From an uncultured archaeon (GTDB taxonomy: Archaea; Iainarchaeota; Iainarchaeia; Iainarchaeales; DATDZZ01), in assembly GCA_964373795.1 (NCBI GenBank), contig CAYJVY010000003.1:29383-61382 (forward strand): a stretch of 32,000 nucleotides of DNA. The letters are read 5' to 3'. Both the position numbers and the translations under genes were made by a program. Shown here piece by piece: positions 23,822-32,000 of this stretch (position 1 is the first letter of the stretch; every line of letters begins with the position of its first letter). The notes under the pieces were generated by a model. That model made no database searches. It worked only from the letters and a program-made list of their open reading frames with translations, and was not told the origin of the DNA.

Positions 23822-24265
23822 TTAGGCTAAACGTCTAGGTCTTTGTTTGAGTTCAGAATCAATTGTTTTAGATGCTTCTTTTAGTTTTGAAAAAATTCTT
23901 GAAACATCTTCTTCTAATTCAGAAATTGTTCCTTGCAAAGAACTAGAGCGAGTTAAATAATATTTTCCTGTTTTTTCAATCAAACCGGATTTACGTAAAT
24001 TATTTAAGTGATTAATTGTGGCTCCTCTGCTGATTTTAAGTCTTTTAGCTATTTGAGTAGAGGAAATCCTTTGCCCTAACTCAGTAGAAGAAACTATTTC
24101 CCTAAACGCTGAAGCAGCTGTTTTTCCTTTATCAATGTTCTCAAAAAAGCCAAGTGTTTTACAAATCCAATAAAATTCATCATCTAAGTCATAAGTAATT
24201 GGCTTTGGAATACGCCTAATAGTTAACTCAAAAGAAGGTTCAATTAATGAATGCATTAAAGGCAT
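23822..24265 (-). CDS. Winged-helix transcriptional regulator, divergent from the hsp20-grpE-dnaK-dnaJ locus (candidate heat-shock regulator)
   Basis: HTH segment ISSTQIAKRLKISRGATINHLNNLRKSGLIEKTGKYYL. The ATG at 24265 (MPLMHSLIEP...) is preferred, because the track start at 24307 is TTG and would run into the inverted repeat. Confidence 0.75.
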   Translation of the reverse strand: MPLMHSLIEPSFELTIRRIPKPITYDLDDEFYWICKTLGFFENIDKGKTAASAFREIVSSTELGQRISSTQIAKRLKISRGATINHLNNLRKSGLIEKTGKYYLTRSSSLQGTISELEEDVSRIFSKLKEASKTIDSELKQRPRRLA

Positions 24266-24297
24266 GTAATAGTTTAAAACAAAACAATTTAAAAGAG

Positions 24298-24342
24298 TTT
24301 TGTCCAAAAAATGCCTAAATTGTTTAAATTATTTGGACAAAA
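24298..24342. promoter_or_regulatory. 11-bp perfect inverted repeat TTTTGTCCAAA-N23-TTTGGACAAAA in the divergent regulator/hsp20 intergenic region (candidate operator)
   Basis: Read directly: 24298-24308 and 24332-24342 are exact reverse complements. The spacer contains TAAATT twice. The repeat sits between the regulator ATG (24265) and the hsp20 ATG (24419). Confidence 0.45.
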
Positions 24343-24350
24343 ATGGTTTG

Positions 24351-24390
24351 GTTTAAATTTGTTTTGGTAGTATTTTTCTTTTATATATTG
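24351..24390 (+). promoter_or_regulatory. TATA-like boxes (GTTTAAATTT at 24351-24360; TTATATAT at 24381-24388) upstream of hsp20
   Basis: These AT-rich TATA-like octamers lie 30-70 nt upstream of the hsp20 ATG, with GGAGG at 24406-24410. I cannot tell from sequence which box is used. Confidence 0.3.
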
Positions 24391-24418
24391 TTTAAAGATT
24401 TTTTTGGAGGCGATATTA

Positions 24419-24871
24419 ATGGTGTTTGATATTGAACCATTTAACTTTAAAAAGAAAAAGTTTTTTGAAAAATTCGATGATTTGTTTCCAGAAATTTTTT
24501 CAGAAATTAAGTCTTCCTGGTTGGATGAAAAAAATTTCGCTAGATTTCCTTTAATTGATTTAATTGATGAAGGAGCTAGCTTGAAAATTGTTGCAGAACT
24601 TCCAGGCGTTGACAAAAACGATATTAAATTAGATGTAAGCAATAACTCTGTAAGTCTTTCAGCTGAACACAAGCAAGAAGCTGAAAATAAAGGAAAATCT
24701 TTTTATAGAAAGGAAAGAAGTCTTCAAAAATTTTTTAGAAGCTTTTCCTTGCCTGCAGAGGTCTTGCCAAGCAAGGTGAAAACAAGTTTTAAGAACGGAG
24801 TATTAGAAGTGTCTTTGCCTAAAAAGCACCCAGAACACAAAAAAGACTTTGTCAGAGTAAAAATTGATTAA
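24419..24871 (+). CDS. hsp20: Small heat-shock protein, Hsp20/alpha-crystallin family
   Basis: PLIDLIDEGASLKIVAELPGVDKNDIKLDVSNNSVSLSAEHK...ERSLQKFFRSFSLPAEV...KTSFKNGVLEVSLPK. The ATG at 24419 lies 8 nt after GGAGG (the track start at 24404 is TTG). Confidence 0.9.
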   Translation: MVFDIEPFNFKKKKFFEKFDDLFPEIFSEIKSSWLDEKNFARFPLIDLIDEGASLKIVAELPGVDKNDIKLDVSNNSVSLSAEHKQEAENKGKSFYRKERSLQKFFRSFSLPAEVLPSKVKTSFKNGVLEVSLPKKHPEHKKDFVRVKID

Positions 24872-24889
24872 AGTGTTTGAGGAATTTTT

Positions 24890-25471
24890 TTGACTGAAAA
24901 ACAAAACTTAAACAAAGCTGAGGACAAGCAATTAAAGCAAGTAGAAAATGAAGAAAAAAAGCTTGAAAAAGAATTAATTGAAGCTCAAGAAAAATTAGCA
25001 GATTATACTGAGACTCTTCAAAGACTTCAAGCAGAATTTGAGAACTATAAAAAACGCGTTGACAAGGAGCGAACAAAATTGTTAGAGTTTGCAAATGCGC
25101 ATTTGATTTCAGATTTTCTTTCAATAATTGATTCTTTTGAAAACGCAATTCAAGTAGTTGAAAAAACAGAAAAATACTCTAAAGAAGATGCAGTGAAAGG
25201 ATTGAAACTGCTTTTCCAGCAAACACTTGATTTAATGAAAAGACATGGATTGAAGGAAATCAAATCAGAAGGAGAAAAATTTAATCCAGAATTTCATGAA
25301 GCAGTTTTACAGGAAAGCATTGCAGAAAAACCCGACTTCCTTGTATTACAAGAATTTCAAAAAGGATATTTATTGAATGGAAAGGTTTTAAGGCATTCAA
25401 AGGTTTTGGTGAATAAGCATCCAGAAGAAAAACATGAAGGCCTTGAAAAAAATGTAAAAGAAAAAAAGTGA
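24890..25471 (+). CDS. grpE: Nucleotide exchange factor GrpE
   Basis: LQRLQAEFENYKKRVDKERTKLLEFANAHLISDFLSIIDSFENA...FNPEFHEAV...VLQEFQKGYLLNGKVLRHSKVLV. It appears to use a TTG start after GAGGA, because no in-frame ATG lies nearby. Confidence 0.9.
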   Translation: MTEKQNLNKAEDKQLKQVENEEKKLEKELIEAQEKLADYTETLQRLQAEFENYKKRVDKERTKLLEFANAHLISDFLSIIDSFENAIQVVEKTEKYSKEDAVKGLKLLFQQTLDLMKRHGLKEIKSEGEKFNPEFHEAVLQESIAEKPDFLVLQEFQKGYLLNGKVLRHSKVLVNKHPEEKHEGLEKNVKEKK

Positions 25472-25475
25472 GAAA

Positions 25476-25604
25476 ATGGTTGAATTAAATTCATTAAAGT
25501 TTTCATCTGAAGAGCAAGAAAAATTTTTAGAAGATTTAAGGATTAAAAAAATCGTTCAACAAATGCGTTTACAAAGTGAAGTAAGAATTGGTTTTGCCGC
25601 TTAA
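25476..25604 (+). CDS. Possible 42-aa ORF between grpE and dnaK ([42 protein letters not shown])
   Basis: The ATG lies 5 nt after the grpE stop and the ORF ends inside the GC-rich island. It is below the track cut-off, has no recognisable family and no clear SD. Confidence 0.25.
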   Translation: MVELNSLKFSSEEQEKFLEDLRIKKIVQQMRLQSEVRIGFAA

Positions 25605-25648
25605 CGTGGCACGCGAACGCGCGCGAGACAGCGATGGAGGAAATTAAA

Positions 25649-27526
25649 ATGAGTAAAATTATTGGAATTGATTTAGGAACAAGCAATTCAGCTGCAGCTG
25701 TTTTAGAAGGAGGAAAGCCTAGAATTATTCCTTCAGCTGAAGGAGTTTCTCTTTATGGAAAAGCTTTTCCTTCAGTTGTAGCTTTCACTAAAGATGAACA
25801 AATGCTTGTAGGCGAGCCAGCTAAAAGACAAGCTGTTTCAAATCCAGAGGGAACAATTACTGGAGCTAAAAGAAAAATGGGATCAAATTATTTGTTTAAG
25901 GTTAGAAGAAAAGAATTCACTCCTCAACAAATTTCTGCATTTATTTTGCAAAAAATTAAAAAGGATGCAGAAGAATTTTTAGGCGATAAAGTAACTAAAG
26001 CAGTTATAACTGTTCCAGCTTACTTTGATGATAATCAAAGACAGGCAACAAAGGATGCAGGAGAAATAGCTGGATTAGAAGTTGTAAGAATAATTAACGA
26101 GCCAACTGCTGCTTCACTTGCATATGGCTTGGATAAGAAAGCAAAAAACTTGAAAATTCTTGTATTTGATTTTGGTGGAGGAACATTGGATGTAACTATA
26201 ATGGAGTTAGGAGAAGGAGTGTTTGAAGTTAAATCCACTAGCGGAGATACTCAGCTTGGTGGAAGAGACATGGATGACTTAATAGTTAATTGGATTGTTT
26301 CTGAATTCAAGAAAACAGATGCAGTTAATTTATTGAAGGATTCAATTGCAATGCAAAGAGTTAGAGAAGCAGCTGAAAAAGCCAAAATAGAGTTGTCAAC
26401 TACTCTTGAAACTCAAATTAATTTGCCTTACATTACAGCTGATTCTTCTGGGCCAAAGCATTTGAATATTTCTTTTAATAGAGCAAAATTAGAGGAATTA
26501 ATTCATCCATTAATTAAGAGATGCGAGCATCCAGTTCAACAAGCTTTAGCTGATGCAAAATTAACTGCTGCAGAAATTAGTAAAGTTATTTTAGTTGGAG
26601 GGCCAACTAGAATGCCTGTAATTCAACAATTTGTTGAAAAAGTTGTAGGAATTAAAACTGAAAGAGGAGTTGATCCAATGGAATGTGTTGCAATGGGTGC
26701 AGCAATTCAAGCAGGAGTTTTAGCTGGAGAAGTAAAAGATGTATTATTGTTAGATGTTACTCCTCTTACTTTAGGAATTGAAACCTTGGGAGGAATTAGA
26801 ACTCCTTTAATTCCTAGAAACACTACTATTCCTACTCGAAAATCTCAAGTTTTTTCAACTGCTTCAGATAATCAACCAGCAGTAGATATTCATGTATTGC
26901 AAGGGGAAAGAGAAATGTCTGCAGATAACAGAAGTCTTGGAAGATTTCAGTTAACAGGAATTCCTCCTGCTCCTCGCGGAGTACCACAAATTGAAGTAAC
27001 CTTTGATATTGATGCAAATGGAATAGTTCATGTAACAGCTAAAGATTTAGGAACAGGTAAAAGTCAATCAATTAAGATTGTTGCCTCTCAAAAACTTGGT
27101 GAAGACGAAATTGAGAAAATGAAAAAAGAAGCAGAAAAGTTTTCAGAAGAAGACAAGAAAAAAAAGCAAGAAATTGAAACAATTAATTTAGCTGATCAAA
27201 CAGTTTTTCAAACAGAGAAAATGCTTCAAGAATTAGGAGAAAAAGTTTCTCCTGCAAAGAAAAAAGAAGTTGAAGAAAAAATTTCAGAATTAAAAAAATT
27301 GCTTGAAGAAGAGAAAAAAGACGCAAAAAAAATTAAAGAAAAATTAGATGAATTAAATAAATCCTTGCAAGAAATTGGTTCAGAGATTTACAAAAACGTT
27401 AATCCTCAACAAGGAAATCAAACTAATCAGCAAAACACTCAAGAAGAAAAACCCGGAGATGAAAACGTTGTAGACGCGGATTTCAAAGTAGAAGATGAAG
27501 ATAAAAAAGGAAAGAAAAAACATTGA
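25649..27526 (+). CDS. dnaK: Molecular chaperone DnaK (Hsp70)
   Basis: [65 protein letters not shown], and an E/K-rich lid and tail. The ATG at 25649 lies 8 nt after GGAGG. The track's ATG at 25634 would include that SD. Confidence 0.95.
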   Translation: MSKIIGIDLGTSNSAAAVLEGGKPRIIPSAEGVSLYGKAFPSVVAFTKDEQMLVGEPAKRQAVSNPEGTITGAKRKMGSNYLFKVRRKEFTPQQISAFILQKIKKDAEEFLGDKVTKAVITVPAYFDDNQRQATKDAGEIAGLEVVRIINEPTAASLAYGLDKKAKNLKILVFDFGGGTLDVTIMELGEGVFEVKSTSGDTQLGGRDMDDLIVNWIVSEFKKTDAVNLLKDSIAMQRVREAAEKAKIELSTTLETQINLPYITADSSGPKHLNISFNRAKLEELIHPLIKRCEHPVQQALADAKLTAAEISKVILVGGPTRMPVIQQFVEKVVGIKTERGVDPMECVAMGAAIQAGVLAGEVKDVLLLDVTPLTLGIETLGGIRTPLIPRNTTIPTRKSQVFSTASDNQPAVDIHVLQGEREMSADNRSLGRFQLTGIPPAPRGVPQIEVTFDIDANGIVHVTAKDLGTGKSQSIKIVASQKLGEDEIEKMKKEAEKFSEEDKKKKQEIETINLADQTVFQTEKMLQELGEKVSPAKKKEVEEKISELKKLLEEEKKDAKKIKEKLDELNKSLQEIGSEIYKNVNPQQGNQTNQQNTQEEKPGDENVVDADFKVEDEDKKGKKKH

Positions 27527-27547
27527 AGAAATACTTAATAATTTCTT
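27526..27547 (+). terminator. Weak AT-rich hairpin AAGAAAT-N8-ATTTCTT followed by a T-rich tract, immediately after the dnaK stop
   Basis: Read directly: a 7-bp stem (27526-27532 / 27541-27547), an 8-nt loop, then TCCTTTCAATTATTTT. It could modulate dnaK/dnaJ stoichiometry or be a chance feature of AT-rich DNA. Confidence 0.2.
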
Positions 27548-27662
27548 TCCTTTCAATTATTTTAGGTGTACTATTGAGATTCAATTTTTTTAAGAGAAAG
27601 AAGGCATCAAAGGATTCTTCTACTTTAGTTTCTAATACTCGGATCTACTGAAGAGTGATTAA

Positions 27663-28811
27663 ATGGCTAAAGATTATTACGATGTTTTGGGTTTAAAGAA
27701 AGGAGCTTCAATTGATGAAATTAAGTCTGCTTACAAAGAATTAGCGAAAAAGTTTCACCCAGATGTTTCAAAAGAGCAAAATGCTGAAGAAAAATTTAAA
27801 GAAGTTCAAGAAGCTTACAGTGTTTTAAGTGATCCTCAAAAAAAAGAAAATTATGATAGGTTTGGGTCAAGCTTTGAACAGTTTGGGGGCTTTGGCCCAG
27901 GAACAGGTTTTGGGGGATTTGATTTTAGAGGAGGAGATTTTGGATTTGAAGACTTGTTTCAAGGCTTTGGAGGATTTGAAGACATTTTTGATGTATTCAG
28001 TGGAAGAAAAACTAAGCGAGGCCCTAGAAGAGGAAACGATTTACAGTTTTCATTAAATATTTCTTTTGAAGAAGCAGTTTTTGGAGTTGAAAAAACCATT
28101 GAGGTTTCAAGAATAGATTCTTGTGAGTCATGTCATGGAAGTGGAGCTGAAAAAGATTCAAAGAAAAAAGTTTGCAGGGAATGCAATGGCTCTGGAATAA
28201 AAGAAACTGTTAAGAAAACAATGTTTGGAGTTTTTTCAACTAGAACTACTTGCCCTGTTTGTAAAGGAGAAAAAGAATTAATTGAAAATCCTTGCAAGAA
28301 ATGCAATGGCCTTGGAATAATTAAAGTTAAAAGAAAAATTTCTTTAAAAATTCCTGAAGGAATTGATAATGGAAATTCTCTTAGATTGCATGGAGAAGGA
28401 AATGCAGGGGAAAGAGGAGGACAAAATGGAGACTTGTTTGTAGTAATTTTTGTTGAACCTCACGACGTGTTTAAAAGAGATGGTTTGGATTTGTTTTCTG
28501 AAGTGCCTTTAAGTTTTAGTGAAGCAGTTTTAGGAGCAGAAATAGAGCTTCCAACTATTAGAGGAAAAGCTAAACTAAATATTCCTTCAGCAACTCAAAC
28601 TTCAACTATTTTTAAATTAAAAGGACAAGGAGTTAAGTCTTTAGATAGAGAAAGAATTGGAGATCAATTTGTTAAAGTAATAATTCAAACCCCAAAGCAT
28701 TTAACTAAAAGACAGAAAGAATTATTTGAAGAACTAGCAAAAGAAGATGAAACTAAAACTCAAAGAAAAGGTTTTTTTGATTCAATTAAAAAAGCCTTTA
28801 AAGGACATTAA
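27663..28811 (+). CDS. dnaJ: Co-chaperone DnaJ (type I: J domain, G/F region, four CxxCxGxG zinc motifs)
   Basis: DYYDVLGL...KKFHPDV, G/F-rich linker, CESCHGSG / CRECNGSG / CPVCKGEK / CKKCNGLG, and the C-terminal substrate-binding domains. Confidence 0.95.
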   Translation: MAKDYYDVLGLKKGASIDEIKSAYKELAKKFHPDVSKEQNAEEKFKEVQEAYSVLSDPQKKENYDRFGSSFEQFGGFGPGTGFGGFDFRGGDFGFEDLFQGFGGFEDIFDVFSGRKTKRGPRRGNDLQFSLNISFEEAVFGVEKTIEVSRIDSCESCHGSGAEKDSKKKVCRECNGSGIKETVKKTMFGVFSTRTTCPVCKGEKELIENPCKKCNGLGIIKVKRKISLKIPEGIDNGNSLRLHGEGNAGERGGQNGDLFVVIFVEPHDVFKRDGLDLFSEVPLSFSEAVLGAEIELPTIRGKAKLNIPSATQTSTIFKLKGQGVKSLDRERIGDQFVKVIIQTPKHLTKRQKELFEELAKEDETKTQRKGFFDSIKKAFKGH

Positions 28812-28815
28812 TTCA

Positions 28816-29571
28816 TTAAATGAATTTAGGCGGATTATTAGTTGCAAGAGAATCTAAATCTGAAAGAATTCTCATTAATCTTTCCACTCCAAAAAACAAA
28901 CTAACCTTTGTTTGATGTTCTTCTCTTAAAGCTTTACAAAACTGTAAAACTCTTTTTTGCCTCCCAGTTTGACTCATTAACCTACTAAGCGCATTATAAA
29001 AGCTTTGAATTTCTCTATCAATTCTTTCCTTTGCATTCAAAACATGGCCTTGAAAAACTTCATTTCTAATATCTCTGGCATTTAATTCATCCATTAAAAT
29101 TCTTATTAATCGTTCTTCAATAAAGTCATGAAATTCTCTTTCTTTTTCTTCTAATTCAACTAGTTTGCCTAAAACATCACTTACTTTTTCTTGTTCTTCT
29201 GGAGCTAGCCTTGAGTAAATGCCTCTTATAGTGCTAGCTGCCTTTGCAGCTCTTCTATGAACTATTGATTGTTTTTTTAATAATTCATGCCATTCAACTC
29301 TTAAAGCAAATCTTAAAACAGTTCTAAAAGCATCCTTATTTCTAGTTCTTTCGAAAACAATTTCAGCAAAGTCTTTGATTTTTTTCCAGTCAACTAATAG
29401 TTTTGCATTTTCTTCATTCAATGAAATACTTTTTTTAATCGCTTGTTTTTCTCTTCTTCCAATTAAAAGTTTTCCTCTAAGCAAGGAATGTGCTTGTGAA
29501 GAAATCTGAGCATGTCTGTTTGTAGGAGGTTTTGGAAAACGTGTTGTAGTAGTTTTACGCATACAATCCAT
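28816..29571 (-). CDS. Hypothetical all-helical, Arg-rich protein (251 aa), family unknown
   Basis: Long ORF convergent with dnaJ (4-nt gap) and divergent from truD (61-nt gap). It is richer in Arg/His/Gln than its Lys-rich neighbours. I recognise no motif. Confidence 0.7.
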   Translation of the reverse strand: MDCMRKTTTTRFPKPPTNRHAQISSQAHSLLRGKLLIGRREKQAIKKSISLNEENAKLLVDWKKIKDFAEIVFERTRNKDAFRTVLRFALRVEWHELLKKQSIVHRRAAKAASTIRGIYSRLAPEEQEKVSDVLGKLVELEEKEREFHDFIEERLIRILMDELNARDIRNEVFQGHVLNAKERIDREIQSFYNALSRLMSQTGRQKRVLQFCKALREEHQTKVSLFFGVERLMRILSDLDSLATNNPPKFI

Positions 29572-29632
29572 AAAAATTGTAAATAATTAAATTTAAATTA
29601 GTGTTACATTAAAAATTTTTCAGAGTTTTAAA

Positions 29633-30688
29633 ATGCAGTTCAAATTCCTTCCAGAAGACTTCAAAGTAAAAGAACTTATTAGTTTTTCAAATGAAGGAAA
29701 AGGAAATTATTACTATTATTGGCTAACAAAAAAAGATTTATCGCATAACGAGTTAATTAAAATTTTAAAACAAAAATATTTAATTAATGAAAAAGAAATC
29801 TTTTTTTCCGGAATAAAGGATAAAAAAGCCTTAACACAGCAAATGGTTTGCTTGCAAAGAAAAATTCCTAATGCCGAGGAAGAAAATTATTTTTTAGAAT
29901 TTGTTGGACAAGCAAGGAAAAAGATTTTGATTGGAGCGCACAAGGCAAACGAATTTGAAGTTGTTTTACGCGACTTGAGTGAAGAGCAAGTTTTTGTTTT
30001 GAAAAAGCTTTTACATGAATTCAAGAAAAAAGATTTTCCAAACTATTTTGATGAACAAAGATTCGGCTCCGGAAACTTAGCACAAATACTTGGACAACAA
30101 ATTTTGAACAGCAATTTCGAAGAAGCTGTGAAGATATTTTTAACAACTGCCTCTGAAAAGGATTCTGAGATTTCTAAAAACTTGAAGAAGATTATTTTAC
30201 TTAATTGGAGTAATTGGAAAAAAATTTTGCAGGAAATTCCTATTGATTTTTCAAATAAACGGAAAGTGTTTGAGTTTTTACTTGTTAATTCAAAAGACTT
30301 TGAAAAAGCTTTTTGTTTTTTGAATCAAAATTTGTTGAAAAGATTTTTGAAGCAGTTTCAAAGTTTTCAATTTAATCAAGAGTTAAAAAATCAAATTTTG
30401 AAAAATAACTCTAAACAAAAATTTATTCAAATTTTGGAGGAAAAATTTCCACTGCTTGTTTCAAGGAAATCCATTAAACGATTTTTATTTGTTTCTGGGT
30501 TTAAGGATTTTAAAGTAGTTGTTCTAAAAAGAAATACTTGTTTTAAAGTTCAAAAATTAAAATTATTGAATGTTTCAAACGATGAATTGTTTTCTGAAAA
30601 GAAAAAAGCAATTATTTCTTTTGTTTTGAAAAAGGGTTGTTATGCTACTGTTTTTTTGAAATGCCTTCAAGCTTTTTTTGGTGAGTGA
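29633..30688 (+). CDS. truD: tRNA pseudouridine synthase D (TruD/Pus7 family)
   Basis: N-terminal FLPEDFKVKELI, the catalytic-Asp motif GIKDKKALTQQ, and NYFDEQRFG. Confidence 0.88.
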   Translation: MQFKFLPEDFKVKELISFSNEGKGNYYYYWLTKKDLSHNELIKILKQKYLINEKEIFFSGIKDKKALTQQMVCLQRKIPNAEEENYFLEFVGQARKKILIGAHKANEFEVVLRDLSEEQVFVLKKLLHEFKKKDFPNYFDEQRFGSGNLAQILGQQILNSNFEEAVKIFLTTASEKDSEISKNLKKIILLNWSNWKKILQEIPIDFSNKRKVFEFLLVNSKDFEKAFCFLNQNLLKRFLKQFQSFQFNQELKNQILKNNSKQKFIQILEEKFPLLVSRKSIKRFLFVSGFKDFKVVVLKRNTCFKVQKLKLLNVSNDELFSEKKKAIISFVLKKGCYATVFLKCLQAFFGE

Positions 30689-30778
30689 AAACTTATTTAA
30701 ATCATTATTGGACTCAAATTGATTATAACAATTTGTTGAAGGGGTTCATTGCTTAAACGAATTAATTTTAGGAGTAGA

Positions 30779-30973
30779 TTGTCAAATACTAGACTGTATT
30801 TTTCTAAAGTTAAAGAAAAAGTCGGTGAGAAAAAAAGAAAAGCAATAAATAGCGCTCGTGATACAACTCTTACATTGGCTTTTTTTGCAGGAGTAATTGG
30901 ATCTCTAATTGGCATGTTTTTTCAAGAAGGTAAAAGATCTATTGCTAGTAGATTTAAACGCAAAAAGAAGTAA
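30779..30973 (+). CDS. Possible small single-pass membrane protein, YtxH-like
   Basis: TLAFFAGVIGSLIGMFFQEGKRSIASRFKRKKK resembles the YtxH core (G..G...G.l.aP.sG...R). There is no ATG start: a TTG at 30779 follows AGGAG, and the track's start at 30749 is also TTG. An antisense ORF of similar size exists (30697..30915). Confidence 0.35.
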   Translation: MSNTRLYFSKVKEKVGEKKRKAINSARDTTLTLAFFAGVIGSLIGMFFQEGKRSIASRFKRKKK

Positions 30974-30982
30974 TTTTTTTGG

Positions 30983-32000
30983 ATGATCGAAATGGAAGCA
31001 GCTTTAAAAGAAAATAAATGGTTGAAGGAATTGGAGAAACCAATTATTGAGGCTTGGAAGAAAGAAGAAACATATAAGATTGACTTGAATTCTAAGAAAA
31101 AATTGTTTTCAATTGATACTCCTCCACCTTATGTTAATACTCCTATTCACATTGGGCATGCAACGACTTATGTGTTAATGGATATGTTTGCGCGTTTTAG
31201 GAGAATGAAGGAATTTGAAGTATTGTTTCCTTTAGGGCTTGACAGGAATGGTTTGCCTATAGAGATTGCAGCTGAAAAAAAATTTAATGTAAATTTTTCC
31301 CAGCTTTCAAGGGAAAAAATTTTGGAATATTGTGAAAAACTTTTATCAGAGTCTTCAACTGAATCAATTGATTCTTTTTTGAATTTAGGAATTGGATTTA
31401 ATTCTTACACTATTGGCACAAATTTAGGGCAAGTTTATTTAACTGATTCAGATGACTATCGAGCTTTAACTCAGGGAACTTTTATTGATTTGTGGAATAA
31501 AGGATTAATTTACGAAGACGAAAGAATTAACAATTACTGTCCTGGTTGTAGGACAACTATTGCTGATGCAGAAATTGATTATAAAGAAATTTCTTCACAG
31601 TTTTCAGATGTCATATTCAAATGCAAGGAAACAGGCGAAGATTTAATTATTGGCACTACTAGGCCTGAATTAATTCCTTCAATTGCAATGGTTATTTTTC
31701 ATCCAGAAGATGAAAGATATAAAAAATTAGAGGGAAAAACAGCTATTACTCCTTTGTTTGGAATTGAGGTTCCAATTAAGGCTCATCCTTTTGCAAAAAT
31801 GGATAAAGGAACTGGACTAGTAATGATGTGTTCAGCTGGAGACACAACTGATATATGGTTTTTTCGAGAGCAAGGATTGAAAATAATTATTTCCATAAAC
31901 CAAGATGGTTTAATGAATAAAAATGCTGGTTTCTTGGAAGGATTGAAAGTAAAAGATGCCCGCAAGAAAATGATTGAATTATTGCGAGAAAAAGGATTGA
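30983..32000 (+). CDS. valS: Valyl-tRNA synthetase, N-terminal part (3' end outside the window)
   Basis: My translation is MIEMEAALKENKWLKELEKPIIEAWKKEETYKIDL...FSIDTPPPYVNTPIHIGHATTYVLMDMFARFRRMKEFEVLFPLGLDRNGLPIE...YCPGCRTTIADAEIDY...IGTTRPELIPSIAMVIFHPEDERY...GTGLVMMCSAGDTTDIWFFREQGL. It has the HIGH motif and the ValRS-type editing-domain entry. It is missing from the track because no stop falls inside the window. Start is ATG 30983 or 30992. Confidence 0.9.
   Translation, partial: MIEMEAALKENKWLKELEKPIIEAWKKEETYKIDLNSKKKLFSIDTPPPYVNTPIHIGHATTYVLMDMFARFRRMKEFEVLFPLGLDRNGLPIEIAAEKKFNVNFSQLSREKILEYCEKLLSESSTESIDSFLNLGIGFNSYTIGTNLGQVYLTDSDDYRALTQGTFIDLWNKGLIYEDERINNYCPGCRTTIADAEIDYKEISSQFSDVIFKCKETGEDLIIGTTRPELIPSIAMVIFHPEDERYKKLEGKTAITPLFGIEVPIKAHPFAKMDKGTGLVMMCSAGDTTDIWFFREQGLKIIISINQDGLMNKNAGFLEGLKVKDARKKMIELLREKGL

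Noticed and set aside
24289-25148. Minus-strand ORFs 24289..24672 (127 aa) and 24852..25148 (98 aa)
   Set aside because: They are antisense to hsp20 and grpE, both of which have unmistakable family motifs. The first would also cross the divergent promoter and operator region.
24266-25650. Search for a bacterial CIRCE element (TTAGCACTC-N9-GAGTGCTAA) or hrcA controlling the dnaK locus
   Set aside because: I saw no GCACTC/GAGTGC dyad upstream of hsp20, grpE or dnaK, and no hrcA-like ORF. The only strong dyad is the TTTTGTCCAAA palindrome, reported separately.
27523-27651. 42-codon ORF in the dnaK-dnaJ spacer encoding a TM-like peptide ([29 protein letters not shown]...), with TTG overlapping the dnaK stop
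   Set aside because: It has no ATG and no SD. T-rich spacers in AT-rich genomes readily give hydrophobic ORFs by chance. It would need conservation or Ribo-seq support before being called.
26035-28056. ORFs 26035..26238 (-), 26832..27017 (-) and 27829..28056 (+)
   Set aside because: They are embedded in dnaK and dnaJ, either antisense or out of frame through the G/F-rich region. They are non-coding shadows.
30697-30915. 72-aa minus-strand ORF opposite the small YtxH-like ORF
   Set aside because: It overlaps the + strand candidate, and neither is strongly supported. The + strand version has an AGGAG-TTG context and a YtxH-like Gly-rich helix, so only that one is listed, at low confidence.
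31783-31965. 60-aa minus-strand ORF
   Set aside because: It lies inside the valS coding region on the opposite strand.
1-32000. Scan for tRNA, rRNA, C/D-box sRNA, transposase/integrase genes, terminal inverted repeats and CRISPR
   Set aside because: I saw no GTTCRAAT-type T-loops within GC-rich ~75-nt blocks. There are no rRNA-like conserved stretches, no RTGATGA...CTGA pairs in the intergenic gaps, no DDE or tyrosine-recombinase-like ORFs, and no spaced direct repeats. A by-eye scan can miss divergent or intron-containing RNAs, so tRNAscan-SE/Infernal should confirm this.

Overview
This is an AT-rich (about 30% G+C by eye), tightly packed segment that is almost certainly archaeal. Nearly every gene is preceded by a GGAG/GGTG-type Shine-Dalgarno motif, and several genes overlap by 1-4 nt. 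The Lys/Glu/Ile/Asn-rich proteome, short proteins, archaeal information-processing genes next to bacterial-type genes (dnaK operon, trimeric dUTPase) and sparse metabolism suggest a DPANN-like (Woese-/Pace-/Nanoarchaeota-type) genome. That assignment is an inference and cannot be proven here.

Layout:
(1) 1-6.7 kb: 3' end of uS2, a TrmB-like regulator, a 440-nt gap holding a degenerate A-tract tandem array, GluRS, an E/K-rich low-complexity protein, a secreted and membrane-anchored protein with an SCP2-like domain, and an orphan HisC-like aminotransferase.
(2) 6.9-16.8 kb: one long co-directional information-processing cluster. Order is L7Ae-S28e-L24e-Ndk-Dut-aIF5B-S6e-aIF2gamma-PIN-RpoE'(Rpo7)-Spt4-S24e-S27ae-CPBP protease-Sua5/YrdC-Kae1-CYTH-like.
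(3) 16.8-24.3 kb: an accessory stretch. It holds a 4xCBS protein with a RaiA/HPF-like C-terminal domain, a polytopic membrane protein, an 864-aa lipobox protein made of about 28 two-cysteine repeats of about 26 aa, a BacNav-type voltage-gated channel, a 455-aa orphan and a winged-helix regulator.
(4) 24.4-28.8 kb: hsp20-grpE-dnaK-dnaJ, preceded by an 11-bp perfect inverted repeat.
(5) 28.8-32 kb: an Arg-rich helical orphan, TruD, a small YtxH-like ORF and the 5' part of ValRS.

I found no rRNA, tRNA, CRISPR array, transposase or integrase. The most interesting candidates are the CBS-HPF-like fusion, the cysteine-repeat lipoprotein with its divergently transcribed channel, the extracytoplasmic SCP2-like protein, the regulator/operator arrangement of the chaperone locus, and two unexplained sequence islands (the tandem array at 1.4 kb and the GC-rich block before dnaK). 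All family calls come from motif recognition by eye. No searches were run.
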